Of a stretch of 64,000 bases of DNA, positions 26,729 through 33,351 are shown piece after piece. The position numbers were made by a program, and so were the translations under genes. Below the pieces are notes generated by a model. It saw nothing but the letters and a program-made list of their open reading frames with translations, searched no databases and was not told the DNA's origin. Where the stretch lies: positions 470-64,469 of the forward strand of contig JAABSZ010000003.1 in the NCBI GenBank assembly GCA_011390135.1, given 5' to 3'. The number at the start of each line of letters is the position of its first letter. The first letter of the stretch is position 1. Source of the DNA: Desulfobacteraceae bacterium. GTDB taxonomy: Bacteria; Desulfobacterota; Desulfobacteria; Desulfobacterales; JAABSP01.

Positions 26729-26893
26729 TCAGGGGCTGCTGCCATTTTTTTCCAGACAGCCTTCAACAGCTTCATAAAGATTTGTCAATAACTCTTCGAA
26801 GGTCTCTCCCTGAGTCGCACAGCCGGGTATTGCCGGAACCTCGGCCCAATAGCCGCCTTCTTCCGCTTCATGGATGATGACTTTTATTTTCAT
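26729..26893 (-). CDS. hicB: HicB-like antitoxin (UPF0150 domain), 54 aa, below track threshold
   Basis: Hand translation: MKIKVIIHEAEEGGYWAEVPAIPGCATQGETFEELLTNLYEAVEGCLEKNGSSP. The IPGC.TQGET.EE pattern is typical of the HicB N-domain. Confidence 0.6.
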   Translation of the reverse strand: MKIKVIIHEAEEGGYWAEVPAIPGCATQGETFEELLTNLYEAVEGCLEKNGSSP

Positions 26894-26973
26894 GGAATCT
26901 GCGCCTTTTAAAGGTGATCGGTCAGGAATGTCCGCTGGGGATAATCCTTTTTAGATGTTTTTTTTAGAACCCT

Positions 26974-27384
26974 TTATCGAAGCCGAAGGATCTCCCATCG
27001 GCCTTCGAGTTCCGCGGTATCCTGCGCCGATGCGTTGGTGATCAGAATCCGTTTTCTCGTATTCTCGATTTCCGGAAAGGCTGTACCTTCTTTCAGGGAT
27101 GCAAAATTCCTCGGCGCGTAGGGGGTGACATTTTCCATGTCGAGATCGGATGACCAGCTATGGACCCGGCTTTTTTCGGTAAAGAGGGCAAAGTGCGTAT
27201 ATCGCTGATCTTCGAGTTCCGAAAGTGCCTGGATCGCCTCTCTCCAGACGCTTTTCATGGGGTAGGAGGCGTCGAGGGCCACCACCATTTTCCGGGGATG
27301 GCCCTCCAGATAGAAATGGTACCCTCCCCCCAGTCCCCCGAAGAGCCCGATAACGATGGCCAGCCAGATGGCAAAGGGTTTCAT
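26974..27384 (-). CDS. membrane-anchored hypothetical protein
   Basis: N-terminal TM (FAIWLAIVIGLFGGLGGG). Last gene of the three-gene vWA cluster, 4-nt gap from the upstream gene. Confidence 0.55.
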   Translation of the reverse strand: MKPFAIWLAIVIGLFGGLGGGYHFYLEGHPRKMVVALDASYPMKSVWREAIQALSELEDQRYTHFALFTEKSRVHSWSSDLDMENVTPYAPRNFASLKEGTAFPEIENTRKRILITNASAQDTAELEGRWEILRLR

Positions 27385-27388
27385 GGCA

Positions 27389-29107
27389 TCACATCTGCGC
27401 GTTGAGAAGCGCGCCGATCTTGTATTCGATCTCCCCCTCGCCCGCGTTGAGACTTGCGGCCTCCACCAGGGAGGAGAGGCGTTTCAGCTCTTCGATGTTG
27501 GCTTCATAGCCGATGGTGTAGATGGGGATGCTCAATCCGCCGATAACCTCCGAGATGTCTGCGAAGTTCATGCCGATGTTGGTTTCGCCGTCGGTGAGGA
27601 CGAAGAGCAGCGGCTTGATGTTCTGGTTCTTCTCCTTCTCCTCGACCAGATTCTTCAAAGAGACCGCGACCCCGTCATACATCGCGGTTTTGCCCTCGGC
27701 CGCCATATCCTCGACTGCCGCGTGAAAGGCCGATTTGTGGATCAGGTCGAACTTTTTCACCGGCAGCACCTCCGTCACCTGATGGTTGAAGAGCACGATG
27801 CCGATGGCATTGTTGGGGCTGATGAACTCGCTGCCGTCCAGCAGTGCCCGTTTGAGACGGTTGAGCCGCGCCCCCCGCATGGAGCCGCTCACATCGCACA
27901 GAAAGACCGCGGAAATAGGTCTGCCGGCATCCTTTTTCTCCTTCCAGAGCTTCTGTGCCCGCACCAGCACGTCTCCGGGCGGGATCTCAAAGGGCGCCTG
28001 ATAATCCATATCCGGATTGAAGCCGTACTCCTTTGCAACCTTCTTATATTCCGGTTTTTCGGCAAATCCGGCAAATGCCTGCAGCAGTTCCATCTTTTCC
28101 CGCGGCAGGTCTCCGACCGCATAGAGAGGGTTGTCGTGGGGAATGCCGAATGGGATGAACTCGTAGCCGGACCCGAGCACCGATGTGTTGGCATAGGTCT
28201 GGTACTCCATGACGAATGCCTCCAGGGAGCCCTCGTTGATCACCGAATCCCGCATCTGAAGCGTTGTCAGCGCAACAAAGGGAACCCCCCGCTGAAAGCT
28301 CTCAAAGGAGCTGACCACTTCCGGGGCCAGCATCTGGTCCGGATCGCCGCCGGCAAAGGTGGCCAGCACCGTCACCAGAAAGTTGACCCCGGTGCTGCTG
28401 GCAAAGGGGTTTGTATAGCCCATGACCAGCTTCCCCTGCACCACCGCATCGATGATGTTGCGGATGTTCAGCTCCCCGTATTCGGAGCGGATCCGATCCG
28501 CCACCTTCTCCTTCATCACCACCCCCGCGATATTGCCCACCATCTGCTCGGCCACCCGCGTCATTTTCACGCCGTGAGCCCTCACCATCTCCACCCAGAG
28601 GTGATTGGAGGGGGAGAAGGCATCGGCCCTGTATTTGCCCGAGGCCAGATATTCATGACCCGTGCCCGAGGCGATCTTCCGGATGATGATCTTTCCTGTC
28701 TGTCCTGTGGATAGCTGGTGGTTGGTTTCGTTGAAGGCCTGGGCCATCTCCACCATAATGCCGTCGATGCCGGTTCCAGACTTCTCGGTGGAGGTGAAGA
28801 TCTCGGCAGTCACGACGTTTCCGGTGCGGGCCGGATTGACCGGCAGCGGAAACTGGCTGATCTCGGGCAGGTTTTGGCCCAGATCCTTCTTCCCTCCGAG
28901 CTGGAGATTGGCCCGTCGCTGGACATGGTTTTGGGTCCAGTCCACCCGGCGGACCAGATCCTCGAGCCTGTCTGCAGCGTTTTCATAGCTCATCCGGAAG
29001 GAGAGAGTCCCGAGCCCTTGGCCCGGAGCGAGAAAAAGGGTATATCCGGCAAAGGCGATGATCGCCAGCACACCCGCGGCAAAGATGAATCCCAAAAGTT
29101 TCTTCAT
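27389..29107 (-). CDS. substrate-binding-like and von Willebrand factor A domain protein
   Basis: N-terminal TM, central periplasmic-binding-protein-like region, C-terminal vWA with MIDAS DVSGSM ... TDGETN. Confidence 0.8.
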   Translation of the reverse strand: MKKLLGFIFAAGVLAIIAFAGYTLFLAPGQGLGTLSFRMSYENAADRLEDLVRRVDWTQNHVQRRANLQLGGKKDLGQNLPEISQFPLPVNPARTGNVVTAEIFTSTEKSGTGIDGIMVEMAQAFNETNHQLSTGQTGKIIIRKIASGTGHEYLASGKYRADAFSPSNHLWVEMVRAHGVKMTRVAEQMVGNIAGVVMKEKVADRIRSEYGELNIRNIIDAVVQGKLVMGYTNPFASSTGVNFLVTVLATFAGGDPDQMLAPEVVSSFESFQRGVPFVALTTLQMRDSVINEGSLEAFVMEYQTYANTSVLGSGYEFIPFGIPHDNPLYAVGDLPREKMELLQAFAGFAEKPEYKKVAKEYGFNPDMDYQAPFEIPPGDVLVRAQKLWKEKKDAGRPISAVFLCDVSGSMRGARLNRLKRALLDGSEFISPNNAIGIVLFNHQVTEVLPVKKFDLIHKSAFHAAVEDMAAEGKTAMYDGVAVSLKNLVEEKEKNQNIKPLLFVLTDGETNIGMNFADISEVIGGLSIPIYTIGYEANIEELKRLSSLVEAASLNAGEGEIEYKIGALLNAQM

Positions 29108-29111
29108 GATT

Positions 29112-29741
29112 TCATACCTCCTTCAGGGCGTCCTGAAGCCCCATGTTGATGGCTTTCAATTCCGTATCGATCTCCTTTTGATCCTTCATTCGAAGGTCGA
29201 AAAGGGTAAGATTGCCGCTGAAGCGCTTCATGGCCGTCAGCGCGCCCTCCACTGATTCGGCCTGTTGAGAGAGCATCCGGTGCATGGCCTGTTTCTGATC
29301 ATCGGTGCCGAAGGTCTGCGCACGCTGGTAGAGTTCGGTATGGTTTTGGGCCAATTGGTAAAGATGGGTCAGCATGGAATCGAGTTCTTCGATAAACCCC
29401 TGATCCCGAAACTCCCTCCGGATCTTTTCGGCCAGGGCCAGACATTCCAGGGCCGGCTCCCGGAATTCAGGCTCGCAGAAGGCAAGCAGACGCTTGAGAT
29501 CATCATCTTCCATCGCTTCCGGAATGCCGTGGTAGAGCCGCCGGAATTGATCGGAACGGAAGTAGATCACCGGCCAGAGGAGAAGGGAGAGGAGGCCGGC
29601 CCCGGCCGCGGCAAAGAGCATGAGGGAGCCGGGCTGAAACCAGAAGATGAAAGCGCCTTCCAGCAGCACCGTTATGATCACGGCAAGCCATGTCTTTTTG
29701 GATGCAAAGAGGATCTTCAGGATGCGGCTGCCTCTTCCCAT
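29112..29741 (-). CDS. two-TM coiled-coil protein (XpaC/TelA-neighbourhood-like)
   Basis: Two hydrophobic helices, then a long helical region. The family assignment is only by resemblance to 5-bromo-4-chloroindolyl phosphate hydrolysis (XpaC) type proteins. Confidence 0.45.
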   Translation of the reverse strand: MGRGSRILKILFASKKTWLAVIITVLLEGAFIFWFQPGSLMLFAAAGAGLLSLLLWPVIYFRSDQFRRLYHGIPEAMEDDDLKRLLAFCEPEFREPALECLALAEKIRREFRDQGFIEELDSMLTHLYQLAQNHTELYQRAQTFGTDDQKQAMHRMLSQQAESVEGALTAMKRFSGNLTLFDLRMKDQKEIDTELKAINMGLQDALKEV

Positions 29742-30031
29742 TGGATCTCCTTATCTAAGTACTTTATCTGAGCACTTCGTCATTAAGTTTGAATAACATT
29801 TCCGGGCAGATATGGGCGTCAAAATCGGCCATGAACCGTTGTCCGCTTCAGTGATATTTTTTTCTCCGGTTCGCCATCGGGTGGCCTGCTTCTCGTAAAA
29901 CCTGCTCCAGTTTCACTCTTATCGGAGCGATATTTCGATCCACAATCCCCCGTAATTTTGGAATATCAACGAAATCATAACTATTCTCGTTCGAGTGTAT
30001 TTATTTATTCTGGCTGATAATGGGCATACAA

Positions 30032-30241
30032 TTATGAACCAGTTATTAGAAGATCATTTAATTCGGTATACATTCGATGAAATTTTTCCAGCAAAACAAC
30101 CTCCCAGCATGAAATGGAGGAGACAGCCAATGAATCGGTTGTTTCAATTAAATCGATCAATGTTTTTGGTAATGGGTCATTTGGCAACAACCAACGAATC
30201 CAAATATGCGTATCCATCAAAATCATTGAAGCGCTTCCCAA
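30032..30241 (-). pseudogene. truncated PIN-domain (VapC-like) toxin gene
   Basis: The N-terminus ILMDTHIWIRWLL...SISCWEV is PIN-like, but the ORF stops after 69 aa. A shifted frame downstream still reads MPIISQNK, resembling a PIN C-terminus. Confidence 0.5.
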
Positions 30242-30447
30242 TCTTCAATTGGTGAAACAGGGGATATAATATCTCCAATAATTTTTCCTTTTCCTATAAT
30301 TTTTGAGGAAGGTTCCCTTTTGTTTTCTTTCATTTTAGCCTCGATTATTAAAAAGATTGCTTCCATACGGGAATTTGGTGGCAATTTTGGCTGATGAAGT
30401 AATTGACCGTATTGATCTGTTTCAAGGAAAATTTTTTTTGCTCGCAT
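30223..30447 (-). CDS. putative antitoxin of the adjacent truncated PIN gene
   Basis: 74 aa. The C-terminal GKGKIIGDIISPVSPIEDWEAL is typical of small antitoxins paired with PIN toxins. Overlaps the PIN ORF start. Confidence 0.45.
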   Translation of the reverse strand: MRAKKIFLETDQYGQLLHQPKLPPNSRMEAIFLIIEAKMKENKREPSSKIIGKGKIIGDIISPVSPIEDWEALQ

Positions 30448-30575
30448 AATAACTCCATATTTTTTTTTATGAAAATCGCTTCTGACTCTACTCGTATAAT
30501 GTTCTGGCTTTGATCATCGAACGGTTCGTTCATACAACATGCGTCCAGATATATTTTCAATGTTTTCTCTCTCAT
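30348..30575 (-). pseudogene. 5' fragment of a second PIN-like gene
   Basis: IYLDACCMNEPFDDQSQNIIRVESEA matches the N-terminus of a PIN-related family (IYLDTC..NRPFDDQSQ). Truncated at about 75 aa and overlapped by the antitoxin ORF in another frame. Confidence 0.4.
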
Positions 30576-30684
30576 GCATCAGCAGCAGAATATCCAAATA
30601 AGCGGCGCGGTTTTTGCGTCCGCTTGATTTTTGTGTTAGCCTTCGCTTTGATTATAAGCAGCTAAGTCCCTTTCGCTGATCGAT

Positions 30685-30960
30685 CTAACCAGTAGCCGGG
30701 TTTACGACGGATTCCAAGAACTCATCTTTAGCCTCGGGATCAAAAACTATATAACTCACTTTATAATCCGATCCGCCTCGACAAATACCTGATTGGCTGG
30801 AATTCCAAGGTCGTTTACCTTGTTTATATTCCTCGTATCTAGGTTCAGCTTCAGCAATACAAGCAGCGTCGATATCTGACAAGGAATTTTCACCAAGTGA
30901 GCTTAGTAGGCGGTCAGCTAAAAAAGCCCGCTCCTGTGTTGAGAGGCTAAGGGCTTCATT
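30685..30960 (-). pseudogene. remnant of an addiction-module antitoxin fused to a ParE/RelE-like N-terminal stub
   Basis: The frame opens directly after the vapC stop with no start codon. LSTQERAFLADRLLSSLGE...IDAACIAEAEPRYEEYKQGK is addiction-module-like, followed by YKVSYIVFDPEAKDEFLESV (toxin N-terminus-like) and an early stop. Confidence 0.45.
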
Positions 30961-31353
30961 TTAGATTTTCAAGTTTTCTTTTTCTGCTAATGTGTTAAGT
31001 TTTTTATCCATTGAAATAATCAATCCATAATTTCTTCTTGCAGTTATAAGATAAAACATATCATATGTCGAATTTTCGTTACTTACAGCTTCAAAATACG
31101 CTTCTCGCCAAAGATCTTTTGAATCAATAAAATCATCAATTAGATTAACACAAAACTCGATACCTTTTAAGCAGATTTCATCGGTAAATTGTGCAAATTT
31201 CCTGTATTTCCAAAATACATTTGTTACTTCCGAAACATATATATCCGGCGCAAGAATCACATCAGCTTTTTTTAAACAGTTAATAAATCGGCTTGAATTC
31301 TCTTTTTGCAGGACAATCTCCACGGCTCCGCTTGCATCAAGTACGATAATCAT
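30961..31353 (-). CDS. vapC: PIN-domain toxin VapC
   Basis: 130 aa. MIIVLDASG N-terminus and other PIN acidic positions. ATGA overlap with the upstream antitoxin gene. Confidence 0.85.
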   Translation of the reverse strand: MIIVLDASGAVEIVLQKENSSRFINCLKKADVILAPDIYVSEVTNVFWKYRKFAQFTDEICLKGIEFCVNLIDDFIDSKDLWREAYFEAVSNENSTYDMFYLITARRNYGLIISMDKKLNTLAEKENLKI

Positions 31354-31595
31354 CTGTTATCTCTATCTTCTCTGATTAGCGCAGATGGTGATGGCAATCC
31401 AGTAGTATCGATCCCCAGTCCATTGAAAGATTCTAATAGTTTTCTACGACGAGTTTGGTTGTCGAGTCGATTTTCAATCCCTTCTTTAAGAAGGACTATT
31501 GTTTCCTGAGCCAAGCTTCTGTGTTCTTTTTTTGAAAGATAATTCAATTTATTATAAAGCTCTTGTGGTAAATCCCTTACTTGCAATGTGGGCAT
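31350..31595 (-). CDS. vapB: RHH (Arc/FitA-like) antitoxin VapB
   Basis: MPTLQVRDLPQELYNKLNYLSKKEHRSLAQE is the classic FitA/plasmid-stability RHH N-terminus. RBS AAGGAGGGG. Confidence 0.8.
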   Translation of the reverse strand: MPTLQVRDLPQELYNKLNYLSKKEHRSLAQETIVLLKEGIENRLDNQTRRRKLLESFNGLGIDTTGLPSPSALIREDRDNR

Positions 31596-31832
31596 ATCCC
31601 CTCCTTTATCTTTGAATGCATGTATTTTGCAGCTTTTTTTGCATGAACGTCAAGGTTTTATTTATTCAAAGGGTCATTCGAATGACAAGCTCACCGGTTT
31701 CCAAAAGCGGAGTGAAACTGAGCTTTTGCAAATCCGGTGGAGCGATTTGTTCAAGTAAGCCGCTCAGCGGCAGAAAAAAAAGCGTCGTCAATCTTTTGAA
31801 CTTCTATTTCCAGGTATTTCCCTGATCTACAA

Positions 31833-32230
31833 TTGAGATATATGACACAATACTTCTATGGGCAGACATTGCCCTCCAGACGAACCTCATTGAAGGAGAG
31901 GTATTATGTCAAAGACATTACAAACGCCCTGGAACAATTAGACCATCGACGCCCTTCAACTGGCCCGAGAATGAGCGGCAGCACTCAGGAATGCTACGCC
32001 CGTGCTGTCAAGCTCATCGAAATTTTGGAAAAGACCCCCGACAGATCACGGAAGAGCAGCTTCAGGAATATTTTCTCTTCCGCCGAAATGTCACCAAATG
32101 GTCGCCCAGAACGCTTAAAATCTGCTGCTGTGGCCTGAAGTTCTTCTTCATCAAAGTGCTCCGGCGGGGCCGGTATCTTTTTCAACAGGGAGACATGCTG
32201 ATCTCTCAAGTTCCCGGGCTGCCCACATGA
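31833..32230 (+). pseudogene. frameshifted, 3'-truncated tyrosine recombinase (N-terminal SAM-like domain only)
   Basis: Two overlapping frames read ...STQECYARAVKLIE... and FGKDPRQITEEQLQEYFLFRRNVTKWSPRTLKICCCGLKFFFIKVL. No catalytic domain follows. Confidence 0.6.
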
Positions 32231-32239
32231 TTGCATGCT

Positions 32240-32590
32240 CTGGTCTAAGATTACGGTGGAGACCCGTATGCTTGCTATTTCGCACCCGGGTCTGCTGCCT
32301 TCCGCTACGGATAAAGCGTCGGCTTTCCCCTCCGATTGTCCGGAAGGTTATCCTGATGTCCACAACTATACCCATTTAGGGACTAAATACAAAGCCTGAA
32401 ATCTCGCTCCATCCGGCTTCGGACTCCCGTTGCCGGGTTTGCCCTAAAATTTCGCTTCCGGCCTGCCGGCTACGCTTTTACCGGGTGGGACTTGCGCTTC
32501 CACGCTCACCCACTGGGAAACATTACCGCATTTCAGGAATCTTCGCTCCTTTCCAACGGTCTGAGTTTAACTTGACACAAATCCTTATGG
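32240..32590 (-). ncRNA. candidate large structured RNA or RNA fragment (group II intron domain-I-like?)
   Basis: GC-richer non-coding block with many nested helices. The loops are GNRA-type only on the minus strand: GCGU-GGAA-GCGC, CCCG-GCAA-CGGG, GGG-CAAA-CCC. Long-range pair CCUGAAAU/AUUUCAGG (32531-32538 / 32394-32401). No credible ORF. Confidence 0.35.
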
Positions 32591-32596
32591 GTTAGC

Positions 32597-32848
32597 CTAT
32601 ACAGAAAATACTCCTGCAAAGTCCAAAATTGGAATTCTGACTTCCCTTACTATCCGCTTCTTTTCAACAATAGCTTTTTCAATATATTTAGATACTTCTG
32701 CTTTGAAGAATTTTTCTCCGCACTGCACACATATTCCTGTCGGAATATTTTCCAATATGTATAATTCTGAGGACTTCCGATAGTCAATCGTCGCCGATTT
32801 TTCAATTATTTCTCCACCGCAATAATAACAGTCTCCGTAAGGGTACAT
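32597..32848 (-). CDS. YgiT-type zinc-finger (MqsA N-domain-like) antitoxin
   Basis: CYYCGG ... CVQCGEKFF pattern and size typical of YgiT-type zinc-finger proteins. 2-nt gap from the DUF4258 gene. Confidence 0.75.
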   Translation of the reverse strand: MYPYGDCYYCGGEIIEKSATIDYRKSSELYILENIPTGICVQCGEKFFKAEVSKYIEKAIVEKKRIVREVRIPILDFAGVFSV

Positions 32849-32850
32849 AA

Positions 32851-33168
32851 TTACCTCCTTCTTCTCGTTCTTTCATCAGTCCATTTAGGTGGTTGTGGGA
32901 TATAAACTGTGATTATCACAGCCCACCGATGTTTGTTACAGCCGCAGACTATATGAACAGGCTGTTTTCCAGAATATCCCAGGATGAGGCAGCATTCACC
33001 TCTTCCTGTGTCAGAATAGTTTTCCAATATCTCTCCGTTTAGAATTGCGCTTTCAATATCTTTTATTTCAAGACGATCATTTTTTCTCTCATTTTCGGCG
33101 TGCTGAGAAAAAATATATTCATTGACTTTTATTTTCTCTTTTATTTTAAGAATATCCACTAATGCCAA
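32851..33168 (-). CDS. DUF4258-domain toxin-like protein
   Basis: FSQHAENERKNDRLEIKDIESAILNGEILENY...GECCLILGYSGKQPVHIVCG...VIITVYIPQPPKW matches the DUF4258 pattern. Confidence 0.75.
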   Translation of the reverse strand: MALVDILKIKEKIKVNEYIFSQHAENERKNDRLEIKDIESAILNGEILENYSDTGRGECCLILGYSGKQPVHIVCGCNKHRWAVIITVYIPQPPKWTDERTRRRR

Positions 33169-33259
33169 GCCTTTTGTTCACTGCTCTCTATTACAATGGG
33201 TTTCTTTTTCAACCTGGGGAAGCATTAAGTTTCTCCTTTCCGGGCTTCTTGAAAAATGG

Positions 33260-33320
33260 ATAGAATCCGACCCCTTTCAAGTCTGAAGCAGACTTGTTTT
33301 GTAAACGGGGTCGGTTCTAT
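33260..33320 (-). terminator. nested inverted repeat / probable terminator after res
   Basis: Outer arms ATAGAATCCGACCCC (33260-33274) and GGGGTCGGTTCTAT (33307-33320). Inner perfect hairpin CAAGTCTG-AAG-CAGACTTG (33278-33296). The minus strand is followed by CCAUUUUUC. Confidence 0.5.
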
Positions 33321-33351
33321 CCCGATGGGTTTATGTGCTTTGTCCGATATT

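Noticed and set aside
27356-28714. 452-aa plus-strand ORF
   Set aside because: It is antisense to the vWA/PBP-like gene, which has clear domain motifs. Its translation is low-complexity and rich in H, R, G and L, which is typical of shadow ORFs in GC-rich DNA.
29995-30255. 86-aa plus-strand ORF in the island
   Set aside because: It is antisense to the PIN-like fragment, has no motif, and its AT-rich composition readily yields spurious ORFs.
30032-32230. Integron hypothesis: a recombinase gene divergent from an array of TA cassettes
   Set aside because: The architecture is suggestive, but I could not find attC-like RYYYAAC...GTTRRRY pairs in the correct order at the cassette junctions. The vapC stop abuts the next frame with zero spacing, and the recombinase stub is too short to identify as IntI. 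Running IntegronFinder would be worthwhile, but the idea is unsupported by eye.
31994-32236. Minus-strand 80-aa ORF considered as the N-terminus of a group II intron reverse transcriptase
   Set aside because: The resemblance is only vague (SLLKKIPAPPE / FKRSGRPFGD). The plus strand of the same DNA has a much stronger tyrosine-recombinase N-domain match, and no RT motifs follow.
32165-32595. Structured block considered as RNase P RNA, SRP RNA, tmRNA or 6S RNA
   Set aside because: Only short chance resemblances exist (e.g. CGGAAGGCAGCAG against the SRP domain IV GGAAGGAAGCAGCC, and GGGGAAAGCC against the RNase P GGAAAGUCC). The order and spacing of the conserved blocks do not fit. A housekeeping RNA gene inside a decayed AT-rich island is also unlikely.
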